DNA from: an uncultured Candidatus Saccharibacteria bacterium
GTDB lineage: Bacteria > Patescibacteriota > Minisyncoccia > CAIUEV01 > JAHKAQ01
Direction: 5' to 3'
Length of the DNA: 64,000 bases
Assembly: GCA_964598205.1 (NCBI GenBank)
Contig: CAZRBB010000001.1
Span: forward strand, 92,199 to 156,198
Part shown: in pieces, positions 35,339 to 45,853 of the stretch
How positions within the stretch are numbered: the first letter of the stretch is position 1
Layout: every line of letters begins with the position of its first letter
The notes under the pieces: model-generated
Seen by the model: the letters and a program-made list of their open reading frames with translations, nothing else
The model's database searches: none
What the model was told of the DNA's origin: nothing
Made by a program: the position numbers and the translations under genes

Positions 35339-38300
35339 ATGTTGTTGAAAAAACAAAAAAAATCAAAAATAGAATTCACGCATCTTCATGTGCATTCCCA
35401 TTATTCGCTTTTAGACGGTTTAGGGAAGATTGATGACCTAGTAAAAAGAGCCAAGGAGCTAGGAATGGATACCTTGGCACTAACGGATCATGGCGTAATG
35501 TATGGAGCGGTGGAATTCTTTACTAAAGCTAAAGAAGCGGGTATTAAGCCGATTATTGGTTGTGAAATTTATTTGGCTGTCGGAAAAATGGAAGACAAAC
35601 AGCCACGAGTAGACGAAGAAAGATATCACTTAGTACTGTTAGCCGAAAACGATCTAGGCTATAAGAATCTAATTAAGATTGTAACCGCTGGTCATCTAAA
35701 AGGTTTTTATTATAAGCCTCGGGTAGACAAAGACTTTTTAAGGAAGCACAGCCAAGGGCTAATCGCTCTCTCTGCTTGTTTGGCAGGAGAAATTCCGCGC
35801 TGTATTGCTTCTGGGGATTTAGTTATGGCAGAAAAAAAGATCGGCGAATATCAAGATATTTTTGGGAAAGATAATTTTTTCTTAGAATTAGAACATCATC
35901 AGAATTCTCCAGATCAAGCCACGGTTAATCAGGGGTTAATCAAGCTTTCCCAAAAAACTGGCGCCAAGCTAGTAGCTACCTGTGATGTGCACTATGTGTG
36001 GCCAGAAGATAAAGAGGTTCAAGACGCCCTATTATGCATCCAGCAAAACAAAAAAGTAACCGATACTAACCGTCTTAAAATGACGGAGTTTGATCTTTAC
36101 TTAAAGTCGCCGGAAGAAATGAAAAATCATTTCCCAGATCTACCAGAAGCTCTTCAAAATACGGTAGAAATCGGTCGTCGTTGCTCTTTTGAGCTAGAAA
36201 TGGGGAAAATTGTTCTGCCCCATTTTAAAATTCCTGGTGGTCGAGATGAAAACATTTATCTAAGGGAGCTTTGCCAAAAAGGAATCAAGGAACGGTATGG
36301 TAAGAAAAATCAAAAGGAAGTTTTAGAACGATTAAACTTTGAGCTCTCGGTAATAGAAAAGATGGGCTATTCTTCTTATTTTTTGATCGTTTCTGATTTT
36401 GTTAATTGGGCTAAAAGTCAAAAAATAGTAGTTGGTCCGGGGCGAGGATCGGCAGCGGGAAGCATTGTTTCTTATCTTCTAAAAATTACCGACATTGACC
36501 CTATTAAGTACGAACTTTTGTTTGAACGCTTCCTAAATCCAGACCGTATCAGTATGCCAGATATAGACATTGACTTTGCCGATGACCGACGAGATGAAGT
36601 AATTGAATATGTTTCCGAAAAATATGGTCGGGACAGGGTAGCGCAGATTATTACCTTTGGAACAATGGCGGCTCGGGCCGCAGTGAGAGACGCCGGTCGG
36701 GCACTGGATTATCCTTACGATTTTTGTGGCAGAATTGCCGAGGAAATTCCCATGATGACCAAGCTAAACGATGCCTTAAAAAAATCGGGAGAACTAAAGA
36801 AAATGTACGACGAAGATGCCAATGTTCGTCATGTAATTGATATGGCCAAAAAGTTAGAAGGAGTAGCAAGGCATGCCTCTACTCATGCCTGCGGAGTGGT
36901 AATTACTAAAGATCCATTAGTTGACTATGCCCCGCTCCAAAGAAGCATCCAAAGCGGAAAAATAAATGAAGATGCAGTAGTGACTCAATATGAAGGAAAA
37001 TCAATAGAGGCGCTGGGTCTTTTAAAAATGGACTTTTTAGGACTAAAGAACCTAACAGTCCTTCAAAATGTAATAGATATTATCCGTGCTAAATATCAAA
37101 AAGAAATAAGTCTAGATAAAATTCCCTTAGACGATAAAAAAACACTGGCACTTTTTGCTAAAGGAGAAACTACGGGAGTTTTTCAATTTGAATCTTCTGG
37201 TTTTAAGCGATACCTACGAGAATTAGAACCTAGTCGTTTTCAAGACTTAATAGACATGGTGGCGCTTTATCGTCCGGGACCAATGGACTGGATTCCAGAA
37301 TATATTGCCGGGAAACACGGCCGTCGGGAAATAACTTATCTTCATCCCAAGCTAAAATCTATTTTAGGAAAAACTTACGGCATTGTGGTGGTGCAAGAAC
37401 AGGTAATGGAAATTGCCAAACAGCTGGCTGGGTTTACTGCAGGAGAAGCTGACTATCTAAGAAAAGCAATGGGAAAAAAGATTAAGAAATTAATGGACGA
37501 ACAGAGGGATAAGTTTATTTTAGGTTGCATTAATCATGGTATAAAAGGCAAGACGGCAGAAAAAATTTGGGATTTTATTAAACCTTTTGCCGGCTATGGA
37601 TTCAATTGGGCGCACAGTGCCTGTTACGCCATGATCGGCTACCAGACCGCTTATTTTAAAGCCTACTATCCCTCAGAATTTATGGCGGCTCTCCTAGGAA
37701 GTGATCAAGACAACACCGATCGCATAGCGGTAGAGGTAGAGGAGTGTCGCAAAATGGGGATCAAGGTTTCGCCACCCGATGTTAACGAAAGTTATGGCCG
37801 CTTTGCTTCTGTAGAAAAAGATGGAAAAAAGACAATTCTTTATGGGTTAAATGCTGTTAAAAATGTAGGGAAAAAAGTTGCTGCTGGAATTGTAGAAGAG
37901 CGCAAAAATGGAGGAAAATATCACAATGTTTTAGAATTTGTGGAGCGGGTTTCGGCTAAAGATCTTAATAAAAAATCGCTAGAAAGTCTGGCTAAATCTG
38001 GAGCATTAGATGCTATTGGGGAGCGAGAAATTATTTTAGGAAATCTAGACAATATTTTAAAATACGCCAAAGAAGCACGATCCGTAAAAGAACGAGGACA
38101 AGAAAGTCTTTTTGGCGACGGGTTTGCTTCTTCGGAAAATTCACAAAAAAATTCAGCTCTCCCACCGCAATTTACCGAAAGAGTAACGCTTTCCAAAAGA
38201 GAGCGCTTGGGTTTTGAAAAGGAACTTTTAGGGGCCTATCTTACAGAAAATCCGTTAGAAGAATTTTCTGCCTATCTAAAAAATACCACCACCCCCATTA

Positions 38301-38932
38301 ATCAATTAAAAGTCTCCCCAGCAAGTAATCCTCCTGCCGAAAAAAGCTCTTTCAATTTTAGAAATAGAGACCAGGGAGTCACTGTTAATGTTGGCGGTTT
38401 AATTGCCAAGGTGAAAAAGATTTATACCAAAAACAATCAAGAAATGGCTTTTGTGGAGTTAGAAGATTTAACGGGGAAGTTAGAGGTGGTGGTTTTTCCA
38501 GGAATTTTTCAAAAGAACTCGGAAATTTGGAAAGAAGATAAAGTAGTTGTGGTTTCTGGTAAATTAAGCAATAAAGACGGAGCATTAAAGGTGCTTGCCG
38601 ACAAGGCAGAAGAAGTAACCTTAGAAATGGAACAGGAGGCAAAGCAGTTGCCAATAACAAAAAACAGCGAAGAACGACAAGAAGTTGTTGAGCCGTCTCG
38701 CCGACTTTTAATTCAGTATGATGCCCAAAAAAGCGATGCCCAGGAAATAAAGGAACTACTTTTAGGACTTCGCGGAGGACAAGATAAAATAATTTTTGAA
38801 GTCTCAGACCATGCCTCTGGGAAAAAGAATAAAATTAAAATAGCGGGTAGCTACCGTTTTTCGGGGGAAGGATTCGAAGCCTTAAAAAACTATCTTTCCC
38901 AAAAAGAACTGGCTTTTCAATTTATTGACTAA
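35339..38932 (+). CDS. dnaE: DNA polymerase III alpha subunit
   Basis: PHP-domain N-terminus (HLHVHSHYSLLDG), a PolIIIA core and an OB fold, over 1197 aa. Confidence 0.9.
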   Translation: MLLKKQKKSKIEFTHLHVHSHYSLLDGLGKIDDLVKRAKELGMDTLALTDHGVMYGAVEFFTKAKEAGIKPIIGCEIYLAVGKMEDKQPRVDEERYHLVLLAENDLGYKNLIKIVTAGHLKGFYYKPRVDKDFLRKHSQGLIALSACLAGEIPRCIASGDLVMAEKKIGEYQDIFGKDNFFLELEHHQNSPDQATVNQGLIKLSQKTGAKLVATCDVHYVWPEDKEVQDALLCIQQNKKVTDTNRLKMTEFDLYLKSPEEMKNHFPDLPEALQNTVEIGRRCSFELEMGKIVLPHFKIPGGRDENIYLRELCQKGIKERYGKKNQKEVLERLNFELSVIEKMGYSSYFLIVSDFVNWAKSQKIVVGPGRGSAAGSIVSYLLKITDIDPIKYELLFERFLNPDRISMPDIDIDFADDRRDEVIEYVSEKYGRDRVAQIITFGTMAARAAVRDAGRALDYPYDFCGRIAEEIPMMTKLNDALKKSGELKKMYDEDANVRHVIDMAKKLEGVARHASTHACGVVITKDPLVDYAPLQRSIQSGKINEDAVVTQYEGKSIEALGLLKMDFLGLKNLTVLQNVIDIIRAKYQKEISLDKIPLDDKKTLALFAKGETTGVFQFESSGFKRYLRELEPSRFQDLIDMVALYRPGPMDWIPEYIAGKHGRREITYLHPKLKSILGKTYGIVVVQEQVMEIAKQLAGFTAGEADYLRKAMGKKIKKLMDEQRDKFILGCINHGIKGKTAEKIWDFIKPFAGYGFNWAHSACYAMIGYQTAYFKAYYPSEFMAALLGSDQDNTDRIAVEVEECRKMGIKVSPPDVNESYGRFASVEKDGKKTILYGLNAVKNVGKKVAAGIVEERKNGGKYHNVLEFVERVSAKDLNKKSLESLAKSGALDAIGEREIILGNLDNILKYAKEARSVKERGQESLFGDGFASSENSQKNSALPPQFTERVTLSKRERLGFEKELLGAYLTENPLEEFSAYLKNTTTPINQLKVSPASNPPAEKSSFNFRNRDQGVTVNVGGLIAKVKKIYTKNNQEMAFVELEDLTGKLEVVVFPGIFQKNSEIWKEDKVVVVSGKLSNKDGALKVLADKAEEVTLEMEQEAKQLPITKNSEERQEVVEPSRRLLIQYDAQKSDAQEIKELLLGLRGGQDKIIFEVSDHASGKKNKIKIAGSYRFSGEGFEALKNYLSQKELAFQFID

Positions 38933-38933
38933 A

Positions 38934-39416
38934 ATGATTTGGGTTATTTATTTATTAATTATTTTGCTGATTATTGTTGCCTGGGTGGGTGTTTTTTTAC
39001 CGAATCTTCCTGGATCTCCTTTGATTTTTTTATCGGCGCTGATTTTTGGTTGGTCTAATAATTTTGAAAAAGTTAGCCCCAAAATATTATTGATTTTAGG
39101 GGGTTTGGCAGTTTTTTCGGTTTTGATGGATTTTCTATCTTCAATAATTGGTGCTAAAAAATTTGGTGCTTCGCATTGGAGCGCTTTTGCTTCAGCTGTT
39201 GGCGGGCTCTTGGGATTAATTGCCTTTAATTTTATTGGCTTAATTTTAGGAATATTTTTGGGTGCTTTTATTGTAGAACTTGTCTTTGGAGAAAGTGGTT
39301 TTAAAAAATCTTTAAAGGTAGGAATAGGCAGTCTTTTAGGATTTATAACTGGAATTTTTTTGCAAGTGTTTATTGCCTTGGTAATGACAATTATTTTTTT
39401 AACGGCTATTTTTTAA
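38934..39416 (+). CDS. DUF456-like small membrane protein
   Basis: Four TM helices. ATG at 38934, just after the dnaE stop. Confidence 0.45.
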   Translation: MIWVIYLLIILLIIVAWVGVFLPNLPGSPLIFLSALIFGWSNNFEKVSPKILLILGGLAVFSVLMDFLSSIIGAKKFGASHWSAFASAVGGLLGLIAFNFIGLILGIFLGAFIVELVFGESGFKKSLKVGIGSLLGFITGIFLQVFIALVMTIIFLTAIF

Positions 39417-39432
39417 TTTTTATAAAGCAAGC

Positions 39433-41325
39433 GTGTTTTTAAATTATTCGAACAAAAAAGAAAGTGATTCAGGAGAAATAGATATTTCTGATTCTATTGC
39501 TCATGGGGGCGATCATGAAAGAAGAAAAATAGAAGAGCCAATAGGCTTAAAAGGCTTAAAGATTTTTTGGATTTTGGGACTGGTTTTTATTTTTGTGATT
39601 TTTTTTAGAACAGCGCAATTACAAATTTCCAAAGGAGCTTATTATTTAAGTCAGGCAGAGAATAATCGTATTGGTAAAATAGTGATTAAAGCCCCGCGAG
39701 GGATTATCACGGACAGTCGCGGAGAAGAGTTGGTAGAAAATATTGCTAGCTTTAATGCTATTTTGGCGCCAGGACTTTTTGGGGGAGAAAAAGAGGAGCG
39801 ACTTTTAAAAATCAGAGAGTGTCTTTCTTTTGCAGGGATTAAGGAAAATGACTGGGAAGGGGAAATAGAAAATTGGGGATCTCTAGATTTCTATTTAGTC
39901 AAAGAAGATATTGGTAGAGATGAAGCTCTTTTGATTGAGCTTGAAAAGGAAAAGTGCCCGGGGTTAGTAACGGAGAAAACTGCTAAAAGAAATTATCGCT
40001 TCCCTTTTCTTTTTGCTCATACTCTAGGATATACGGGGAAAGTGACCAAGGAAGATCTTGCCAATAATTCTGGCTATTTAATGATAGACAGTATTGGTAA
40101 AAATGGGACAGAAGAAACATGGGAGAAAGAACTAAAGGGGACTCATGGGTTTACAAGTGTGGAAGTGGATTCTCAGGGGAGGATTTTAAGAAAACTAGAA
40201 GAAAAGCCTCCTGTTTTTGGAAACCGCTTAGTTTTAGGATTAGATAAAAATCTGCAATCGGCATTGCAATCGGCATTAGAGGGGGCTTTCTTAAAAACCG
40301 AAGCCAAGAGAGCGGCAGCAGTGGTGATAGATCCAAGGGACGGCTTGGTAAGGGCTTTGATTAGTCTTCCTAGTTATGACAACAATCTTTTTGGAAAAAA
40401 AGTAAATGCTAATGATTATCAAAAATTAATAGAAGATCCCAATCGGCCTCTTATAAACAGGGTAATCGCAGGGAAATATCCTCCTGGATCTACTATTAAA
40501 CCGCTTTTGGGACTAGCGGCCTTAGAAGAAGAAATCATTAATCAACAAACTTCTTTTGATTGTCATGGTATTATTTCGGTCGGCGGTTTTAGTTTTAGAG
40601 ATTGGAAGACCCATGGTCCGGGGATTGATTTAAAAAAAGCAATCGCTGAATCATGCGATGTTTTCTTTTACTTGATTGGCGGTGGTGGTGGGGAAAGCGG
40701 TTTTACTGGTCTTGGAATAGATAAAATTGGAGAATACGAAAAAAAATGGGGACTAGACAATTTAACAAATATAGATTTAGAAGGAGAAGTGAAAGGGCTT
40801 GTTCCTTCGTCGGAGTGGAAGTTGGAACAGAAAAAAGAGCGTTGGTATATTGGGGACACCTACCATCTTTCTATTGGTCAGGGTGACGGCGTTTTTACAC
40901 CGATTGCCCTTGCAAATTATGTAAGTGCGGTGGCTAATGGTGGCACGCTTTATCGTCCAAGATTAGTTAAGGAAGTTTTAGAAGAAGGAACAAAGAGGGT
41001 TATCAAAGAAAATCAGCCAGAAATCTTAAGCTCAAATTTGGCCAGTCCAGAAAACCTAAGGATTATTAGGGAGGCAATGAGAGAAACAATTGTTTCGGGA
41101 ACGGCGCGTTCCCTTTCCACACTTCCTAAGCCGGTTTGTGGAAAGACGGGGACTGCTCAAGTTGGCGGTACCGAGAAAACTCATTCTTGGTTTGTGGGCT
41201 TTGGTCCAGAAGAAAATCCAGAAGTAGCAATTGCAGTGATTGTAGAAGAGGGCGGAGAAAGCACGGATTCGGCAGTACCAGTAGCCAAAGCTTTTTTTGA
41301 AGAGTATTTTAAAGACAATCCTTAA
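39433..41325 (+). CDS. Penicillin-binding protein 2-type transpeptidase
   Basis: STIKP (SxxK) and KTGT motifs, with an N-terminal TM anchor and dimerisation domain. Confidence 0.8.
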   Translation: MFLNYSNKKESDSGEIDISDSIAHGGDHERRKIEEPIGLKGLKIFWILGLVFIFVIFFRTAQLQISKGAYYLSQAENNRIGKIVIKAPRGIITDSRGEELVENIASFNAILAPGLFGGEKEERLLKIRECLSFAGIKENDWEGEIENWGSLDFYLVKEDIGRDEALLIELEKEKCPGLVTEKTAKRNYRFPFLFAHTLGYTGKVTKEDLANNSGYLMIDSIGKNGTEETWEKELKGTHGFTSVEVDSQGRILRKLEEKPPVFGNRLVLGLDKNLQSALQSALEGAFLKTEAKRAAAVVIDPRDGLVRALISLPSYDNNLFGKKVNANDYQKLIEDPNRPLINRVIAGKYPPGSTIKPLLGLAALEEEIINQQTSFDCHGIISVGGFSFRDWKTHGPGIDLKKAIAESCDVFFYLIGGGGGESGFTGLGIDKIGEYEKKWGLDNLTNIDLEGEVKGLVPSSEWKLEQKKERWYIGDTYHLSIGQGDGVFTPIALANYVSAVANGGTLYRPRLVKEVLEEGTKRVIKENQPEILSSNLASPENLRIIREAMRETIVSGTARSLSTLPKPVCGKTGTAQVGGTEKTHSWFVGFGPEENPEVAIAVIVEEGGESTDSAVPVAKAFFEEYFKDNP

Positions 41326-41342
41326 TAATTAATTCTAAAAAA

Positions 41343-41798
41343 ATGTTTCAAGGAGTGGTAATAAAAAAACTAGATCGATTTACCGATGATCGCGGTTGGC
41401 TTACAGAAATTTTTAGAAACGATGAACTGCCAAAAGAGTTTTCTCCAGCAATGGGGTATATTTCTCTAACTAAACCGGGCGTTCAAAGAGGGCCCCATGA
41501 ACATGCTTTTCAGGCCGATTTCTTTGTATTCTTGGGTCCAGGAGAATTTGAACTTCATTTATGGGACAACAGAAAAGATTCACAAACTTTTGGTCGTCAC
41601 GAAAAGTTTGTTTTGGGTGAAAATGATCCGGCCTCGGTAATTGTGCCTCCAGGAGTGGTCCATGGTTACAAAAATGTTGGCCAAACAGATGCTTGGTGTC
41701 TTAATTTTCCAAATAAGTTATACAAAGGAGAAGGAAAAAAGGAAGAGATAGACGAAATTCGCCATGAAGAAGATTCCGATTCTCGCTTTAAAATTTAA
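41343..41798 (+). CDS. rmlC: dTDP-4-dehydrorhamnose 3,5-epimerase (cupin)
   Basis: RmlC-like sequence (DDRGWLTEIFR...HGY). Sits in the rml cluster. Confidence 0.7.
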   Translation: MFQGVVIKKLDRFTDDRGWLTEIFRNDELPKEFSPAMGYISLTKPGVQRGPHEHAFQADFFVFLGPGEFELHLWDNRKDSQTFGRHEKFVLGENDPASVIVPPGVVHGYKNVGQTDAWCLNFPNKLYKGEGKKEEIDEIRHEEDSDSRFKI

Positions 41799-41802
41799 GA
41801 TA

Positions 41803-42357
41803 ATGGGAGAAAATCCTTGGAAGAAAATAAGCCAACGGTATGTCTTTGAACTAACTCCTTTTGTTAAAGTTCGTCGAGACACGGTGATTCAGCCTAATGG
41901 TCAAAGGGGATTATATGCTGTGGTAGAAAGAGCCGACGCGGTAATTGTAGCAGCTAAAAAGTCCGATGGTCACTTGGTTTTGGTTCGCCAGTGGCGTTAT
42001 GCTGCTGGTTTTCTTTCTTGGGAATTGCCAATGGGATCAGTAGATAAAGGCGAAACTCCAGAAGAAGCGGCCAAAAGGGAGCTAAGTGAAGAAACAGGAT
42101 TCAAGGCATCTAAAATAACCAAAATTGGCGATTTTTTCCCGGCTGGAGCCCTGTCAAATAATCGAGCTCATGTTTTTTTAGCGGAGGATTTAGTTGCTGG
42201 AGAAAAAAAGCTAGAATCAGTGGAAGTTGGTTTAATTTCTGTCGACTATTCTTTGGAAAAAATCAAAAAAATGATTCAGCAAGGAGAAATTAAAGACGCT
42301 TTCTCTATCACTGCCCTGTGGTATTATGCAAATGCAGACAAGACCAATGAAAAATAG
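41803..42357 (+). CDS. NUDIX hydrolase
   Basis: Nudix box GETPEEAAKRELSEETG. Start at the ATG at 41803, after the rmlC stop. Confidence 0.7.
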   Translation: MGENPWKKISQRYVFELTPFVKVRRDTVIQPNGQRGLYAVVERADAVIVAAKKSDGHLVLVRQWRYAAGFLSWELPMGSVDKGETPEEAAKRELSEETGFKASKITKIGDFFPAGALSNNRAHVFLAEDLVAGEKKLESVEVGLISVDYSLEKIKKMIQQGEIKDAFSITALWYYANADKTNEK

Positions 42358-42406
42358 AACAACTTTGTTATTTTTTTACAGCCAACAATAATCCATTATT
42401 TTTCTT

Positions 42407-43408
42407 ATGAAACTTTTAATTACAGGTGGTGCGGGGTTCATGGGTTCTAACTTTATCCGTTACTTGCTCCAAAAATACCCAGATTACCAAATAATTAATC
42501 TAGACAAATTAACTTACGCCGGGAATTTAGAAAATCTAAAAGATTTAGAAGGAAATCCGCGGTATTCTTTTTTTAGAGGAGATATTGCCGAAAAAAAAGA
42601 TGTAGCTTTGGCGCTAGGAGAGGAAGGGGTCGATGCAATTATTAACTATGCGGCCGAAACCCATGTGGATCGATCCATCTTAGATCCAGAGGCCTTTATT
42701 AAAACCGATGTTTTGGGAACTTATCAACTGTTAGAAGCCGTGCGGCTAGGTCATGCCAAGAAACTAATTCAAATTTCTACCGATGAAGTTTTTGGAGAAA
42801 CAGATACTGAGTTTGTAGAAGATTCACCTTTTCTACCAAACAGTCCTTATAGCGCCTCTAAGGCTGGCGGGGACTTAATGTGTCGTGCTTATTTCCGTAC
42901 TTACAAAACACCGGTGGTAGTAACGCATAGCTGCAATTTTTATGGACCAAATCAGTATCCAGAAAAACTAATTTCACTTTCTATCACCAATCTTTTAGAA
43001 AATAAGCCAGTGCCGCTTTATGGAGAAGGGGAGAATGTAAGAGAATGGATTTTTACCCAGGATCATTGCCGAGCAGTAGACGCTATTTTACACCAAGGAA
43101 AGTCAGGAGAAGTTTATAATATTGGTACTGGTGAGCGGAAAACAAACAAAGAGGTTTTAGATTCGATCTTTAAAATTCTCGGGGCCAATAAGAGCTTGAT
43201 TCAAAAGGTTAAGGATCGGCCAGGACACGATGTTCGTTATGCTGTAGACAGTTCCAAGCTAAGACAGGAATTAGATTGGCAACCAGAAACTAACTTTTCT
43301 TCTGGAATAAAAGAAACTATTCACTGGTATCAAAAGAACGAAGCTTGGTGGAAGAGACTTAAAGATGATTCTTATCGAGAATATTATAAAAAACAATATG
43401 GGTCATAA
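42407..43408 (+). CDS. rmlB: dTDP-glucose 4,6-dehydratase
   Basis: TGGAGFMGSNF Rossmann motif and the YSASKAG catalytic motif. Confidence 0.85.
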   Translation: MKLLITGGAGFMGSNFIRYLLQKYPDYQIINLDKLTYAGNLENLKDLEGNPRYSFFRGDIAEKKDVALALGEEGVDAIINYAAETHVDRSILDPEAFIKTDVLGTYQLLEAVRLGHAKKLIQISTDEVFGETDTEFVEDSPFLPNSPYSASKAGGDLMCRAYFRTYKTPVVVTHSCNFYGPNQYPEKLISLSITNLLENKPVPLYGEGENVREWIFTQDHCRAVDAILHQGKSGEVYNIGTGERKTNKEVLDSIFKILGANKSLIQKVKDRPGHDVRYAVDSSKLRQELDWQPETNFSSGIKETIHWYQKNEAWWKRLKDDSYREYYKKQYGS

Positions 43409-44270
43409 AAATTCAGTTTTAATTTTAGGCGCACGCGGTAACTTAGGAACTTGCCTAATGAACACTTTTCAAGACTTACGCCCAATCGGCTGGGATCGTG
43501 AAGAATTAGATATTACCGACGCAAATAAAGTTACCACAAAAATAAGCTTGATTGATCCGGAGCTGATTATTAATGCTTCGGCTTACAACGCTGTAGACAA
43601 ATGCGAAGAAAATAAAAAAGAATTCGCGCTTGCTAATAAAATAAACGGAGAGGCTCCTGGCTATTTAGCCAAGGTGGCGAAAGATCTTTCTTGTCGTTTG
43701 ATTCATTTTTCTACGGACTATGTTTTTCCGGGAACAAAAAAGACTGGTTATAAAGAAAGTGATCGGCCAGCTCCAATTCAAAATTATGGAAAAAGTAAAC
43801 TCTTAGGAGAAAAGGAAATATCTGAGTCAATGACTGATTTTTATTTGATTCGTACTTCAAAATTGTTTGGTAAAGCAGGCGCTAGTCCGCTAACCAAAAA
43901 AAGTTTTGTAGACATTATGCTCGATTTAGCCAAAGAAAAAAAAGAAATTTCGGTGGTCAATGAGGAATTTAGCTCCTTTACTTATACCTTCGATCTATCT
44001 CTCGCCACGCGACTCTTAGCCGATGGACTTAACGGAAAAAAATTCCCAAACGGCATTTATCATTTAGTGAATGAAGGCCCTTGCACTTGGTACAAATGCG
44101 CTCAAAAAATCTTCCAAATCGCAAAAAAAACTGTTACAGTTAAGCCTGTTAGTTCCAGCGAATTTCCTCGTCCGGCCAAAAGACCAGCCTATTCCGCTCT
44201 CCTAAACACTAAGTTTCCCAAGCTAAGATCGCTAGACGAAGCATTAAAGGACTATCTTTCAGTCAATTAA
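43398..44270 (+). CDS. rmlD: dTDP-4-dehydrorhamnose reductase
   Basis: ILGARGNLG Rossmann motif. Position in the cluster. The alternative start at 43365 gives a larger overlap. Confidence 0.7.
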   Translation: MGHKNSVLILGARGNLGTCLMNTFQDLRPIGWDREELDITDANKVTTKISLIDPELIINASAYNAVDKCEENKKEFALANKINGEAPGYLAKVAKDLSCRLIHFSTDYVFPGTKKTGYKESDRPAPIQNYGKSKLLGEKEISESMTDFYLIRTSKLFGKAGASPLTKKSFVDIMLDLAKEKKEISVVNEEFSSFTYTFDLSLATRLLADGLNGKKFPNGIYHLVNEGPCTWYKCAQKIFQIAKKTVTVKPVSSSEFPRPAKRPAYSALLNTKFPKLRSLDEALKDYLSVN

Positions 44271-44361
44271 TAATTTTTAGTTTTGAATTTCGAAATAATT
44301 TAAAAATTCTAATTTCTAATTTTATTCAAAATTCAAAATTCGTAATTAATAATTTAAGCCT

Positions 44362-45435
44362 ATGAAGGCGCTTATTGCTGCAGGAGGCAAGGGTACTCGT
44401 CTGCGGCCAATGACTCACACCATCAACAAACATCTTTTCCCAATCGCTAATAAGCCGATGATTTTTTACGCATTAGAAAAAATAGCGGCAGCTGGCATTA
44501 AGGAAGTGGCAATTAATATCAACGAGGGGGACCAAACCATGGCTAAGGTCTTGGGTGACGGTAAAAAATGGGGAGTAAAGATTACTTATTTAGAACAACA
44601 AGGCGGTGCCTTAGGCTTGGCTCATGTGGTAAAAAATGCAGCTGATTGGCTAGGTAATGATGACCTTCTTTTTTATCTAGGAGACAATATTATTTCTGGA
44701 CCAATCAATTCCTTAGTAGATAAATTTAAAAAAGAAAAACTAGATTGTCTTTTAGCGCTTTCCGAAGTACCCGATCCAGAAAGATTCGGGGTGCCGGTGT
44801 TTAAGAATGGCAAGATTATTAAAGTGGAAGAAAAACCGCTAAAACCCAAAAGCAATTTTGCAGTGACTGGTATTTATGTCTATTCTTCTAAAATAATGGA
44901 GGCAGTACGAGCAATCAAACCCAGTCCGCGGGGTGAACTAGAAATTTCCGATGCCCATACCTACCTAATTAAAAATGGCTCCCGAGTAGGATCGGAAGAA
45001 ATAACTGGTTGGTGGAAGGACACTGGAAAGCCTCAGGATTTGCTAGAAGGAAACAGTTTGGTCTTGTCTCGGCTAGAAGAAAACAAAATTTTAGGTGAAG
45101 TTTCTCCAATGGCCCGTCTGGAAGGAAAAGTGGTGATTGGAAAAAAGACTAAAATTGGTGAAAATGTTTTAATTCGGGGACCGGTGGTGATTGGGGAAAA
45201 TTGTTTAATAGAAAATGCCACCATCGAGCCATACACTTCTATTGCCAATAATTGTAAAATCAAGGGATCTGGCGTTTCTCATTCTATTGTTTGCGAAGGA
45301 TCTTGCCTGATTGATTTTTCCGAGCGGATAATAGATAGTCTTATTGGTCGTGATTGCTTGATTTCAGCTTCGTCCATGATTAAACCGGAAGGCTGGCGAA
45401 TGATTATTGGAGACAATTCTCAAATAGAGCGTTAA
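44362..45435 (+). CDS. rmlA: Glucose-1-phosphate thymidylyltransferase (long form with a C-terminal beta-helix)
   Basis: AAGGKGTRLRPMT nucleotidyltransferase motif, and hexapeptide repeats at the C-terminus. Confidence 0.75.
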   Translation: MKALIAAGGKGTRLRPMTHTINKHLFPIANKPMIFYALEKIAAAGIKEVAININEGDQTMAKVLGDGKKWGVKITYLEQQGGALGLAHVVKNAADWLGNDDLLFYLGDNIISGPINSLVDKFKKEKLDCLLALSEVPDPERFGVPVFKNGKIIKVEEKPLKPKSNFAVTGIYVYSSKIMEAVRAIKPSPRGELEISDAHTYLIKNGSRVGSEEITGWWKDTGKPQDLLEGNSLVLSRLEENKILGEVSPMARLEGKVVIGKKTKIGENVLIRGPVVIGENCLIENATIEPYTSIANNCKIKGSGVSHSIVCEGSCLIDFSERIIDSLIGRDCLISASSMIKPEGWRMIIGDNSQIER

Positions 45436-45459
45436 AAAATTTAAATTTAATCTAAAATT

Positions 45460-45705
45460 ATGTTCGAAAAGCTAAAACAGTTACATAAACTCAAAAAGCA
45501 AATGGAAGCAATGGAAGTTACCGAAGAATTAAATGGTGTCACTATTAAAATGGACGGATCGTTTAAGGTGTTAGAAATAACTATTGCCGATAAAACCGAT
45601 AGAAAGCTAGAAAAGAATTTAAGAAAAACTTTTAACAATGCAGCCCAGGCGATTCAACGGAAAATGGCTAAAGACATGATGGCAGACGGTGGAAGCTTAT
45701 TTTAA
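45460..45705 (+). CDS. YbaB/EbfC-family nucleoid-associated protein (short)
   Basis: Length and MEAMEVTEE...VTIKMDGSFKVLEITI pattern are YbaB-like. Confidence 0.45.
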   Translation: MFEKLKQLHKLKKQMEAMEVTEELNGVTIKMDGSFKVLEITIADKTDRKLEKNLRKTFNNAAQAIQRKMAKDMMADGGSLF

Positions 45706-45853
45706 TTTTCGATTTCCAATTACAAATTTCGATTAAAATTGGAAATTAGAACCTTAAAATTCAATCGAAATTCAGAATTGGAATTTAGAAATAGTTTTTA
45801 AATTTTAATTTATAGTTTATTTCGAAATTAAAAACTAGTAATTCGTAATTAAT

